A stretch of DNA of 64,000 nt from Hemiscyllium ocellatum (taxonomy: Eukaryota): the NCBI RefSeq assembly GCF_020745735.1, contig NC_083413.1:97932409-97996408 (forward strand). The letters run 5' to 3'. Below are positions 24,022 through 37,130 of the stretch, piece by piece. The stretch's first letter is position 1, and each line of letters begins with the position of its first letter. A program made the translations under genes and the position numbers. The notes under the pieces were generated by a model that ran no database searches, was not told where the DNA came from, and saw nothing but the letters and a program-made list of their open reading frames with translations.

Positions 24022-24120
24022 TTGCTAAAAATGAGGGAAGCTTCATTCCTATTATATGATTAAGAAATAGCTCTGTTCATTCAGTGAAAACACAGTCAAA
24101 TCACTCAAAAGGAAACCATG

Positions 24121-24324
24121 ATTTGGAGATGCTGGTGTTGGACTGGGGTGTACAAAGTTAAAAATCACACAACCCCAGGTTATAGTCCAACAGGTTTAAT
24201 TGGAAGCACACTTGCTTTTGGAGCGACGCTCCTTTATCAGGTGATAGTGGAGCGTCACTCCGAAAGCTAGTTTTCTTCCAATTAAACCTGTTGGACTATA
24301 ACTTGGTGTTGTGTGATTTTTAAA
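24121..24324. mobile_element. Second fold-back insertion (different Penelope-like terminal repeat) with 14-bp TSD
   Basis: TSD AAAAGGAAA(C/T)CATG at 24107-24120 and 24325-24338. 75-bp arms 24158-24232 and 24249-24323 (68/75 complementary), 16-nt loop, degenerate hammerhead-like core. Confidence 0.8.
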
Positions 24325-25827
24325 AAAAGGAAATCATGTCATCTTGCGAAGACACACAAGTGCCTCAAATAATTTTCAATTCTTCTAGTGGTTGTTTGAA
24401 TCTCGAGACAGGTGTGGAAGTGTCAGACTTTTTATATCGCCTTGAGAAACCAGTTGTCATCAGTCTATTTGAATTGCTGAAGTTTGTGTGGTATTAGCAC
24501 ATTCACAGTGCTGTTAGGAAGTGAGCCCCATGGCTGTGATTGAGGAAGAGGAAATGGGCAGGGAAATAGTTGAGAGTTAAGTTGAAGTCTGATTTGGAGG
24601 AAAGCTTTACGTGCATGTGTGCCCTTATCCTCAAGGATCACAATTTTGGAATATGCTGCCGAACGGACATGTCAGCATGCAAAATGGAAGCTGAAGAAGG
24701 CTTCTTGGCCTCTCTAGAAGGCTATTCCATTCATGGGATCATCATTAATCTTGCTGCTCATCAATCTTCCCAACACACTGATAACATTGAACCTGATTGT
24801 TTACTGTTCAGCACAAGAATGGTGAATTCGTTTGGAATTCTCCACCACAGAAATTCATAGATTCAAGACTCCTAGATTCTTGAAAGCGTTGTCTCAAGTA
24901 CCTAGTGTGTTGAAGGTGTTTGGCACATGTACCTTCATTGGTCAGAGCACTGAGTGCAGGAGTTAGGGCTTCATGTTGTAACTGTCCAAAACATTGGAAT
25001 GAACTGCCAGAGGAAGCGGGAAGTGCAGAGATCGGTCCCACATTGAGAAGACATTTGAACAGCTGCAGGAACTGGATCGGTCTGGATGGATATGGGCCAA
25101 AGGCAGGCAAGTGGAATGAGTTTAATTTGGGAACTCTGGTCAGCATGGCTGGGCTGGACCAAGGGAACTGTTTCGGTGCTGTACGACTTTATGTCTCACT
25201 GACTTTATGGTGGATAGGCTCAAAGTTGGAAGGTGGTGAGCAAGTGAGGGGCTAGATTGGGCATGTGGGAGAGTTTGGGCTGGTAGGCTGGTAGGCTGGC
25301 TGCTGGGTAAGCTTGCGTGCACTCTGTCTGGCAAAAGGTGGCATCAAGGGAAATGGTAATGGTCATAGGATAATTTGGTCGAATTGTGCTTGGTAGGTGA
25401 GGGGTAGTTTGAGCTGAAATGCAGGAGGTCTGTCTTTGCCAGGCTGGTTTATGGAGAGGTGGGCAGGATGCCAGGCTGTTTAGTGTAGAGATGGGCAGAG
25501 TGCCAGGATGTTTCAGGGGGTGGAAGGTCACTGTAATGAAGTGACAGGTGGACGTGTTGTCAAAATGCAAAGCTCAGAGTCTGGCAAAATGGTAGGTTGT
25601 AAAGCACAGATGCCAAAGGAGCTAGGATGCAATGTGCACAGGTTGTCTTGGGTAAGATGAGAGGTCAGTGATCAAGGGCTGAGGTCATGTCTTGGGTAGT
25701 GGGCTTTTGTCAGAGGTTGTGGAAATGATGGTGTCAGGTCCAGTCAGGGCCAGGTTCACCATGGACCAGGTACAGGGCGGCAGGAGTGTAAATGACTGAA
25801 AGGAATTGAGATCATATGTCCATCTGG

Positions 25828-26490
25828 AATATAGAATATAGAACATTACTGTGCAGTACAGGCCCTTCAGCCCTCGATGGTTCCACAGGTCAGTGTAAAA
25901 ATCTGAAGCCTATCTATCCTACACTATTCCATTTTCATCCATATGTTTATCCAATGACCTTTTAAATGCCCTTAAAGTGGGCGAGTGTACTATTGTTGCA
26001 GGCAGTGCGTTCCATGCCCCTACCACTCTCTGAGTTAAGAAACAACCTCTGACATCTGTCATCTATGTCCTCTCCTGCTAGCCATCACTATTCAAGGAAA
26101 AAGACTTTCACTGTCCACCCTCTGTTTATCTTTTATGTCTCAATTAAGTCAACCTTCTTCTCTCAAACAAAAACAGCCTCAAGACCCTCATCCTTTCCTC
26201 ATTAAACCTTCCCGCCATACCAAACAACATCCTGGTAAACCTCCTCTGAACTCTTCCAAAGATTCCACATTCTCTCTATAATGTGGCGACCAGAACAGTA
26301 CACAATACTCCAAGTGCAGCTACACCAGAGTTTTTTACAGCTGCAACCTAACCTCGTGGTTCTGAAACCCAGTCCCTCTATCGATGAAAGCCAGCACAAA
26401 GTATGCCTTCTTAACAACTCTATCAAACTGGCTGGCAACTTTTAGGGATCTGTGTACATGGGCACCGAGATCTCTCTGCTCAGCTACACT
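25828..26490 (-). mobile_element. CR1 LINE 3' fragment
   Basis: atagaatatagaac tail; similar to 5710-6473. Confidence 0.75.
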
Positions 26491-26888
26491 GTCAATATGG
26501 ATTGCCTTGGATGTGTTTTGTGTGATAGGGGGTTGTGTGTTCCGGGCATGAATGGGTGTATAGCAGGGTGGGGTTTGTCAATGTGAGTGGAAATTTAGGT
26601 CTCGGCAGAGTAAGTGCAGTGGTTAGTCTGAGAGATGAGGTTTGGTGGTGAACTGCGTATCAGTTTGATAGTTATTAAAGTTAAAGATTACTTGTTCATT
26701 TCTCAAATCATATTTACATAAATACTCAGCTGTAACACTCCAAAGTCTCTGAACCTTAATGGTCCTCCATTTTTCAGAGGCCTCCAGAATTCAGATAATT
26801 GTAAATTAGATGTTTCAACTTCCAGCCAATTGGCCTGAGTTCAGCCGTGACAGCCATCCTCCCCGTCCCAGTGCTCAGCTCCTGCCTG

Positions 26889-26912
26889 TGCTGCTGCTGC
26901 TGCTGCTGCTGC
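26889..26912 (+). repeat. (TGC)8 microsatellite
   Basis: Direct read. Confidence 0.97.
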
Positions 26913-26984
26913 AGTGACCTTCCTCCCAGAGAGAACATTCTGCCTTACATTGATAAGTGAGGAAGGCTCACTGGACCTGATTTC

Positions 26985-27278
26985 CAAGTATGGGGACGGC
27001 AAACACGAGGGGACACAACTTTAAAGTGAGGGGAGACAGGTATAAGACAGATATCAGAGGTAGTTTCTTTACTCATTGAGTAGTAAGGGTATGGAGTGCT
27101 TTGCCTGCAATGGTGGTAGATTCGCCAAGTTTAAGTACATTTAAGTTGTCATTGGACAGGCCTATGCATGTACATGGAATAGTGTAGGTGGGATGGGCTT
27201 CATATTAGTATGTCAGGGCAGCGCAACATCGAGGGCCGAAGGGCCTGCACTGCACTGTGATGTTCTATGTTCTATGAT
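26985..27278 (+). mobile_element. CR1 LINE 3' end
   Basis: gcaaacacgaggggacacaactttaaagtgaggggag (TRGH motif) and gttctatgttctatg tail. Confidence 0.75.
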
Positions 27279-27342
27279 TCACTCTGATGTCTCTCTGGGG
27301 GTACTGCCAGCTGTTGGGTATTTCCAGCAGCACGGTACCTAG

Positions 27343-27660
27343 TGGGGCGGCACGCTGGTTCCATGGTTAGCGCTGCTGCCTCACAGTGCTAGGGACTCTG
27401 GCTCCATTCCAGCCTCGGGTAACTGTCTGTGTGGAGTTGGCACTTTCTCCCCATATCTGTGTGCATTTCCTCCCACAGTCCAAATCTGTCCAAGCTGGGG
27501 AAATTGCGAGTGTTGTGTTCAGTGATTGGGAGGTTAGATGCATTAGTCAGGGTTAACCGTAGCATAATAGGGTAGAGGAATGGGTCTGAATGCGTTTCTT
27601 TTCAGAGGGTGGGTGTGGACTTGTTGGGCCAAATGGCCTGTTTGCACACACTGTAGAATT
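27343..27660 (+). mobile_element. tRNA-derived shark SINE
   Basis: ggggcggcacgctggttccatggttagcgctgctgcctcacagtgctaggga head; gggccaaatggcctg body. Confidence 0.8.
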
Positions 27661-28006
27661 TCGATGAATCTGCATTTCCTTGGTTTGTATTTTGTGAAAC
27701 TTCTCTGCTCTTCACAGCAATCCAATGAAAGTGTCAATTGGTGAGATCTTCAAACAGTTCCTGGGGTGGGATCAGGATGTTCTTCTTCCTAAATTATATG
27801 GCAATGGTCAAGGTCGAGGGCATGTTTCTCAAGAGGGAACCAATGGTCATGATCAGCAACTGGTAGGAAACAAAAATAAACTCCAGTTATGCTGTAGACT
27901 TCAGCGGGAGCATACTGGCAAACGGTTACAGCTGAGGATACATTTGAGTAACTGATAAGGTCAAATTAACAGAAACTAACATGCTCAATTGGTCATTCTA
28001 TTGTAG

Positions 28007-28315
28007 AGACACCATCTCCCCCCACGCTTTATGGCCTGGTCTCCTCCTGTGAGGGGCACAACACCGATTCGACAATCTTTGGTTGTTTGGTGATGGACTA
28101 TTCCCCAGAAGTCACCAAGGTAACCTGGAAGAAAGGTGGGGAGCTAATCACGAATGGTGGATTGAAGACTTACCCATCAGTGAGAAACAAGAAGGGAACC
28201 TACACCCTGAGCAGCCAGTTAACCCTGCCCGGGTCAGCGGTAGATTGCCCCAGCAAAATCTACTGTGAGGTTCAACACAGCGGGTCACACAAGAGCAAAG
28301 AAATGCCATGTCCAG
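28007..28315 (+). CDS. IGHM: IgM CH1 exon
   Basis: ttgtag| acceptor; (E)[17 protein letters not shown]...[10 protein letters not shown]...W...[18 protein letters not shown]; donor g|gtacgt; 309 nt, phase 1/1. Confidence 0.98.
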
Positions 28316-28389
28316 GTACGTATTGTGGGAACTGAGATAAACAGAGCATCTGGCATTAATATGAATAAGGCATTATTTATAACCATTTT

Positions 28390-29365
28390 CACAGAATCCC
28401 CTTATACAGCACAGGAAAAAGGCCCTTTGATCCATCTAGTTTGCGCCTATCAATAACAGCCACCTAACTATTCCAGTCTCATGTGCCAGCACATGATCCA
28501 TTGCCTTGTGTGACTTGCCCTTGCAAGGATGCATCTCAATACTTCATACTTATTATGAGGGTCTCAGTCTCTACATGACTTAGAGGTGCTGAGCTCCAGG
28601 CTAACACCACCCTCTGTTTGATTTTGTTTTCCCCTGAGATCCACTTGGAACCTCCTGGCCTTACCTTCACCCTGTGCCCCTGAGGCATTGATCTCTCCAT
28701 CAAGGGGAAAGGTTTCATCCAGTTTACCCAGTCTATGCCTAAAATAATTCTAGACATCATGATAATCTTCTCCCTAACTCTCCTCTGCTTCAAGGAAAAC
28801 TCCTGTCTATCTCATCTCGTTTCATAACTAAAACCCTCCAACCCAGGCAAGATCCTGGCAAATCTAATCAATACTGCCTTCAGTGTAATCACATTCCTTC
28901 GATAACATGCACACAACGCTTCAGTATGGCCTAACCAGTGTTCTATCAAGTTCCAGTATCATCTCCCGATTCTTCATTGTCAATGTCTAGGCTAATAAAA
29001 GCAAATATCCTCCCACCTCCTTAGTCTCTTTATCCAGATGACACAGTACTATAGGGGATCGGTGGGTACATGCACCAAAGATCCTCAGGCCTTTCCAGGG
29101 TTCCACCATTCAAAATGTCATACCTCACAGATTCTTCTGCCGAATTACATTACCTTACATTTATCCAGAATAATTTCCATTTGCAACTTCTCTTCACATA
29201 CAACCAACCCTTTTATATCCTCCTGCAATCTAAAGCTATAATGCTCATGACTTACCAACATGACAGTTTTCATTTCATCTGTGAATTCACTGGTTAATCC
29301 TCCTAAATTTGAGTCTAAATCATTGGTATGTAAGAGAAATAACATGGAAATCAACCCCAATCCCT
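28390..29365 (-). mobile_element. CR1 LINE RT/3' fragment in the CH1-CH2 intron
   Basis: HTNDLD...SEFTDEMK...LQEDI...QMEIILDKCKVM and PQGHRVK...QRVVLAW remnants. Confidence 0.8.
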
Positions 29366-29559
29366 ACAGAACACCAGGAGACATAGATTCCCAGTCACCC
29401 AGACACCCGAGACTATTATCCCCTGCTCCCATCACTCAGCCAGTTCTCGATCCAATCTGTCAAATTAACTCGGATCCCATTGGCTCTGATTATTGCTATC
29501 ATCTGGACATCGAGTTATCTCTCTGAAAACTACTATCAAATTGTTACACATGACTTTCT

Positions 29560-31290
29560 CTCAATAAAACTATGCTGAAAATTGTTGATTTATCTTCCAA
29601 ATGAAGACAAATTTCACTTTTCAATAGTTTCCCTACCACTGAGACTAGCTTGACAGATCTGTGTTTTCATTATTTATCCCTTCCTTTGTCCTGCGTAACA
29701 GTGCAACGTTGGCTGATCTACACTCACTTGGCACAACTGCTGTGGCCAGACAGTAATTCTAAATTATTGTTAGCGACCCAACTATTTCATCCCTTGCATC
29801 GCTCAACCGCTTGATATACTTTTCATCTGCCCTGGAAATATAACCACTTTTCATTTAGCAAGACAACACAGAACATCACGTCATGTGCCCTAATTTCTGA
29901 AAGTACATCACAACACTCCTCCATGATTTCTGTCCCCACATTGTCCCTCTTACTAGTGAACACTGACACAACACATTCGTTTTGACCACAACCTAATCCT
30001 CCGGCTCCACTCCAATAATAACACTTAATGGGCATTACTGTTTCCCGAATCATTCTTTAATTATGAATGAGCCTGTAACTTTTAAAAATATTTTCCTTTA
30101 TTTTGACTCCTATTATTTTCTCATGGTCCCTTTTGTTCTTCTAATTCCTTTCTCTTTCAAACTCCCCCTTGCGCGTTCTGTACTCCAGACTAATTTCTAT
30201 TGTTTTGAGATTTCAGTATAGACAGGAAGCCTCCCTTGTTTCTCCTTATCTCACCCTCCATGCCCTTTGGTGTCCAGAGCACGTTACATTCTTGGTCCCA
30301 TTCAGTGGCTTCCTGGGAAATATCCTCCTTATGATTTTCCTGTCTCTTTCTTAAATGTTTCACACTGCTCTGACTCAGATTTACCAATAAGTGTCAGCTT
30401 CCAGTCCACTCTGGTTAAGTCATTACCTGATCTTACTAAAATTGTCCTTCCCCTTTTCAGAACTTTGGGCCAATGTCTATTCCTTTGCAGTACAATCTGA
30501 AATCCAACTGATTTACGATCACTGTCTGCAAAGTGCACCACCATTGATGTTTTACCCAATGGGTCGACTTCATTCCCAAAAGTTAAATTCAGGTTCACCC
30601 CTCTCTTGCAAGGTCTGGATTAAAATTCTCTGTATTAACACATACTTTGTTTAAATATTCTCCTGGGGGCATTTTCAGAATTGTGCTCCCTCTAAACGTT
30701 TGACAAAATGAATATCCAAGCCTATGCTGAGGAAGTTAAAAACCTCTTTTCTCATTCCCCTATTTAATTTACATATCTCTGAAATTTATCCATGTATTTG
30801 CACTTGGTCTTTTGGATCTATAGTAAGGCCTATCGTGCTCTCCCAGTAGTTATGTTTGCTGTATTTTGGTTTTGAAGTACTGTCCATTTGCCTTTGTTCG
30901 AGGAGGTATCTATGATTTCATTTCTCTTTACAGCCTAAAATACTCTTGTCAGAATTGTGACAGAAGCAACATTCCGTGCCGCAAACCCCTGCCCCCATCC
31001 TTTTCCATCTTTCCCTGTCTCGCCTGAAGGCACTAAATCCTGGAAAATTGAACAGCCACTCCTGCCCCGCTCTCAATATGTCTCCGTGATAGCAACAGCA
31101 TCATTTCCTCATTTATGCCGGTAATTCATCTGCCTTGATCATCAGACTCTGTCATTAAAACGAATACCATCCAACGTTGCTATCTCCCTTCTGATGTTAC
31201 CGGCCTATAGTTTCTATGCCTGCTTGACTCCTTGCTGTGTCCTATAATTTTAGCCTTTCACATTGTCCTGATGATCTTTCTGTGTGGATC
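29560..31290 (-). mobile_element. Older CR1 ORF2 (endonuclease-linker) remnant
   Basis: DLTRVDWKLTLIGKSESEQCETFKKE resembles the CR1 ORF2 linker. Boundaries approximate. Confidence 0.5.
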
Positions 31291-31419
31291 CCAGCTTCTC
31301 CAGCACTCTGCACAATTATGATTCTTGTATCCATTAATCACAAGAAACCTTGATATATGAGAACTGATTGTATTTGTTATGAAATTCATCAGATAATTTA
31401 TGCGATGTGTTTCCTAAAG

Positions 31420-31731
31420 GTACAGGTCCTCTCCCACCAACTCTTCTCCTAACTGTGAGCTCCAGTGAAGAAATCGCAAGCAGCAAGTTTGCAACTGTCG
31501 TTTGTTCAATCATCGATTTCCATCCGAAGGCAATCAACGTGACTTGGTTGAAAAATGGACGACGCTTGGATTCTGGCTTCATCACGTCTCCCGTGTGTGA
31601 GGCGAACGGGAACTTCTCGGTGACGAGTCGGCTGATGGTCCCTTATGGTGAATGGTACAACAGCGCAGTCTATACCTGCCAGGTCACTCACGAAGAGAAC
31701 ATTCAAAGTAAAAACATCTCCGCACTCCAGG
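31420..31731 (+). CDS. IGHM: IgM CH2 exon
   Basis: (G)[46 protein letters not shown]...[20 protein letters not shown]; donor g|gtaaga. An alternative in-frame acceptor gives a start at 31426. Confidence 0.97.
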
Positions 31732-32099
31732 GTAAGAGACACATACTGAGAGAGCTACAAATCACTCTGAACTCTGATGTGAATCAAACACACTAATTTA
31801 TCAGGCGTAGTAAACAGCACGGTACAGCTTCTCATTTCCCAGCATGTCACGTATCTCATTTCAGTTTGAATGTTACATTAGCATTGCTCATAATTCAACA
31901 TTTTGGCAAGTCAGAAAAGCATGTTTCCTCTCTGTTGAAGATAGATATATAGACGGTGAGCTTTGTTAAATAGTTTGTTAAATAGTTTGTTGCCTGACCA
32001 TGCTGGGAGAAGCATTCAGAGTGCTGAATCCTTGCCTGGTAGTGGCTTCAAGGATAAGTTTGGGGGTGGAAGGGGGATATTGGAGAGATATCTAATTGA

Positions 32100-32430
32100 A
32101 ACATAGAAAATACTGAGAGACTGAGGTCGAGTGAATGTGAAATAGATGTTTTGACTGGTAGGCGAGACTAGGACCCAAGGGCACAGTCTCAGGATCAAAG
32201 GGGCACCGTTTAGAACTGAGATGGGGAGGAATTTCTTCAGCCAGAGGGTGATGAATCTGTGGAACTTGTTGCTGCAGAGGGCTGTGGAGACCAGGCCATT
32301 GTGTATATTCAAGCCAGAGATGGATCGGTTCTTGTTTAGTGTGGGGAGAAGACCATAGAATGGCTTTAGCCCAAATGTCGATTTTCCTGCTCGTCGGATG
32401 CTGCCTAACCTGCTGTGCTTTTCCAGCATC
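32100..32430 (+). mobile_element. CR1 3' fragment plus Penelope-type terminal repeat
   Basis: ctaggacccaagggcacagtctcagg...gtggtgaatctgtggaac-like CR1 motifs; ggatgctgcctaacctgctgtgcttttccagc. Confidence 0.6.
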
Positions 32431-33711
32431 ATTCTGATCTAAACTCTGGATTGGCCGAACAGCCTTATTCTGATCCTCTATCTTATGATGTTGTGGTCTC
32501 AAAATGACGTGGTTAAAATATGCAGTGACCCTAACTTGAAAATAAATCAAAATGCGTTCAATGCTTCACTCCCTGATCAGGAATGAACTGTTGGCCTTGG
32601 ACAGTGTACGACATCGATTTTTATCTGGTGCTGAGCTCTTTAACTTCATTTATGGGATCAGACCACAGACCAAGTGGGTATCACATTTGATGAACTGGGA
32701 TAAACGTGATCTCACTGAGCCTCTTTAAGATGCTCTCTGTAAGTAGTGGATGAGTCAGGAGAATAAATTCTGGTAAGAATGCTACAATAGGGATGAGTGA
32801 ACGAGGAACTTGAGACAGGCTGATTTAGCCTGGTTTGGGGTGGCGATGTTTACACAGTGGGTAGTGGATGTCTATAAAATTAGTGTACATTTCCATCACG
32901 TTTGTAGATTAATTTAAGACGCTTTTGTTTGTTTTTTTTTCTCCCCTGCTCTATGAAGAAATTAAAAAATGCAGCTTGGTAAATAAAGTGAAAGTACAGA
33001 CCAGTCATGAACTAACTGAATGGAGGGAAAGACTTAAGGAGATGGGTGTCCTTCTCGATATCCAATGCTGTACTCAGTGCCTTGTTTTCAGATCTACTCC
33101 AAACTCAGCCCACGAGGAACAATGACATAAATTAGAGAATGACATCACACCAATAACGCAAAGTATTTTTGATCACGTTAAATATAATGAACAGAATTTC
33201 CATGGATATTCACTGCTCCTGTAGCACTTTAGAACTCTGCAAAGAGAATAATTATTATTTCTTATAATTTGTCCAAAATTTGGGATGTGATTTGGCAGTC
33301 AGCATGACCAGCGCACTTGCACCTAAGGGTTATGAACATGGAAATGAACTCATTATATTCAGATTACTCTTGTCACAAGTATCAATAGATGGTCTTAAGT
33401 GAGAGACAAACTCTGAAAGAAAGGTAATTCCATGGGTTACATCATGGTATCTTCGATGGTTTTACTTTTTTCACAGCTTTCACTTGTTACAAAGCCAGTG
33501 TTCTTTTGGAATAATTACACAGGGTATGTCATAGGTAATCACAAATGCTTTCACAAATCAAAATACATCAACAATAGTAAGCATTGTTTCAGCAATGGTT
33601 GGAGTTGCCATTTTGAAGGTGGTGTCTTCACCCTGTGAAGAAGTAATCTGAAGATTGGGTGTTTGTATCATAAAGGGGCATTTTTCATTGACTTTGATTT
33701 TTGTTTCATAG

Positions 33712-34020
33712 AAGATACCGAGTGCCACCCTAACACCGTTAAAATCCTCCCACCGCCAATCGAACAAGTCTTACTGGAGGCGACGGTGACGTTAACCTGC
33801 GTTGTGTCCAATTTTCCATCTGGAGTCAGCGTGACCTGGAAGCAAGAAAAGAAGCTTCTGAAAACCGAGATTGCTGACCAGCCTGGACAGACTCCCGACA
33901 GCGTGATCAGCAAATTAGACATTTCTACTGAAGCCTGGCTGAGTGGTGTTACTTTTGAATGTGTGGTGTACCATCAGAATCTACCGACTCCGCTGAGAGA
34001 CTCCATCCACAAGGAGAAAG
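33712..34020 (+). CDS. IGHM: IgM CH3 exon
   Basis: catag| acceptor; (E)[31 protein letters not shown]...W...[22 protein letters not shown]; donor g|gtgagc; 309 nt. Confidence 0.98.
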
Positions 34021-34467
34021 GTGAGCGGTGAGATTAAAACACAAAGCATCCCATGTGGAATCCAGATCCAGTTACATCAATGGCAGGCTTTCATTGGTAA
34101 TGAACAAACACCGTTGGGAGCATTAATGATGCATCTGAAGGCAGGATAACTAAGTAGCTGATAAAGAAAAAGATGGACCAAAGGATATTGTATTCTGATT
34201 AAGTCAGATAAGGTGGGAAGAAACCTGGGTTGTGATGTCACCATCAGCAATGACAGTTGGACAGAATGCCCTTGTTGTGGGCTGGAAACATGGAGGCAAC
34301 TTTCACATTAAACTTTACTTGTTTTACTGAACAGAATGTGTACTCTTTTAGAAAACGAAAGTGAATAAATCCCAAATTAAAAATGGCATATTTTAATATT
34401 GAGTGAAATTGTGATATTGGTTCAGGATGTTTTTGATTGATTTATATTTGTCTCAAATATTCTGCAG

Positions 34468-34859
34468 TGATTAATCCGCTGGAGCCATCAGTGTCGGTCC
34501 TCCTGCCACCAACAGAAGAAATCTCCACTCAGAGGTTTCTCTCCCTCACCTGTTTAGTGAGAGGTTTCTCCCCCCGAGAGATCTTCGTCAAGTGGACAAC
34601 CAATGACAAGCCGGTGAATCCCAGTAACTACAAGAACACCGAGGTGATGGCGGAGAGTGATAACACTTCCTTCTTCATGTACAGCCTGTTATCCATTACA
34701 GCGGAGGAGTGGGCCAGCGGTGCTTCTTACTCCTGTGTGGTGGGACATGAAGCGATTCCATTGAAGCTCATCAACAGAACAGTCGATAAATCCAGCGGTA
34801 AACCGAGTTTCGTAAACATTTCACTTGCACTGATGGACACTGTTAATTCATGTCAATAA
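34468..34859 (+). CDS. IGHM: IgM CH4 exon with secretory tailpiece; internal donor at 34797|34798 for the membrane form
   Basis: (V)[14 protein letters not shown]...[17 protein letters not shown]...[43 protein letters not shown]; NxS sequon and penultimate Cys; agcg|gtaaa donor. Confidence 0.99.
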
Positions 34860-34901
34860 AAATCTCAAAGTTGCATTTAATAATTCAACAGAAGTAATAA
34901 A
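34855..34901 (+). terminator. Poly(A) signals for secreted mu mRNA
   Basis: AATAAA at 34855-34860 (overlaps the stop) and 34896-34901, followed by a T/GT-rich tract. Confidence 0.8.
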
Positions 34902-35989
34902 GTTTCTTTTTCCTCCAGTTGTGAGTTAAATACTGAATTAGTTGTTTCTCACTGTGACTTACACTGCATCTCTGTAGTTAAAGTGGGTTATTAACAGGTC
35001 TAGGACAAGTGTCTTGTGCAGTTAATGTTCTCTGCTCAGATACACCCTGGGTCAGGGACGGAGTAAAGCTCACTCATTGCAGGATTCCGCCAAGTCCCTT
35101 GTCCATCTTAAATCCCTCTGTGACAAAATCTGACAATGTCCATTTTATGTCAAGGGTAGAGCACGAGTTTTGAACTTGGTGTTCTTGATTCCCCTGATTG
35201 GACATTCTTATAAAATTCATGTCAGTTTTAAACTGCCACATTGCACCAATTGGAAATGTAAATTTAAGACAGTTTCAAATTAAATTTGATTGGAACATAC
35301 CAATCGTAAAGAGTGCAGAACAGTTTGAATGTAACCGTTGTTTCTGGGGAACTGCCAGGGATCTTGCGCCAGCGCATGAGTTGACAGAATATATCTTCAC
35401 TTTCACACCAAAGAGAAATGACAGATAAGTTGTCGTGGAGCAGAGGGGAGGGGAACGATGAATGGTCTGTCCTCTTGCTCCCTGTGCAGAGTTTTCATGG
35501 TCGATGTCCTCTGTAATGTAACCCAGTTACTAACAGGAACAGTCAGCTTCTTGCTTACTGTCCAAAGATTTAACATTTCCATGCAAAATAATACCTTTGA
35601 AACATGTTGGACACGCTTGGCTCTGTTAACAAATGATTAACATTGATTCCCCTAATCCAAAACTGGTGTTTGCATTGTCCGGTTTGAATTCTATAGTTTT
35701 GTCTCAGTTTTCTGGAGCACATGGGATCAATTCTGGTATTCGAATACCCGGTACCATTTTGTTTCACATACAGAACACAAGTAGACATTTTCTAATAAAC
35801 ATATTCAGAAATGTTATCTCTGGGGCAGTGGGGATTTGAACTCACGCCTTTTCTCTCAGAGACAGAAATTCTATCACTGCAACAGAAGAGTTGCTCATAA
35901 AACGCTTATCTCTTCACGACGATGGGAAATGTTTCCTACAACACCAAGGTCAAATCTAATTATAGGCAATCCATTAAAATTAGAACAAT

Positions 35990-37130
35990 AAATTAGAATA
36001 ATAAAAATTGCAGTCTGGTATAAGAACAGATACAGAGAGATGATCGCAAATACACACGGAATGACACATATATGGGCTCTCACCTAAAGACACATATTGA
36101 TGTGCACACTCAAATGTGCATACAGATAAGATGTCACACACGCATACTCGCACAGAGCCACACATGCAAGTGGTACTTGAACACTCACCTAAGCTCATAC
36201 AAAAACTCACATACACCGAAAGAAAATTATTTGCACAAATGATCAGGGTACTCACACTTAACCATGAGAAATATAGACACACGGTAACACACGAATGGGC
36301 ATGAATACATATACATTCATACAGCACAATGCGTACAGACATACACGCATGAACACACAGATACAAATTCCAAAAAATGTCCTCCCACATGTCAACTCAC
36401 ACAGGCACATAAGTGCACAGAGATAAACATTAATATCATTATTTTCCCATTTTCAGAATCACAAACATACGATGACAGAGGTAGCTTAATTAGTTATTTT
36501 TAAACCACATTGATCAGCATGTATACAATGTCACACGTACACACAAATTCAGAGTCTCACATGCAGACACACAAGTGCATAGATCAATAAATAGAGGGGC
36601 ATTTATTAAATAAGGATAATGAGCACAAGCATCAGCAAGCATCCACAAACACTAACACAAACAAGCTTCTCAGGAGATGGTTTGGGAAAGATTGCCACAC
36701 AAGCAGACATCATCATATAAATATAAACATCCATCAAAACATGACGTTGCATGCTAACATTTATTAAGCATAAACAGGAAAATAACCTAGTTTAGGTAGG
36801 ACCTGAAACAGACACATAAGCACACATTTTAGATAGCACTAATGAAAAGTGAACACTCACAAAGACATTACAAGATAAGCATAGGCAGCAATGAAGTGGC
36901 ATATTCACATAATGATGCTTACACAATGTGAAAAGACCAAAATTTCGGTGCACAAACACATGAGAACACTAGCAGTAAAGGAACAGGAATATGTTTATTC
37001 ATGCACAGACTCCAACATGGGCAAGAGTGAAGTAAGAGGCACTCATAACCACATACACAACCATTAAAGGGAAACCAAACACACCAAGCAGTAGGTCAAA
37101 TAAATTAAGGGACACATGTACAAAAACTTA
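35990..37130 (+). repeat. About 1.1 kb A/C-rich low-complexity tract (decayed CA repeat) in the CH4-TM1 intron
   Basis: Dense acac/acat/cacac runs with strong strand bias. Confidence 0.75.
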
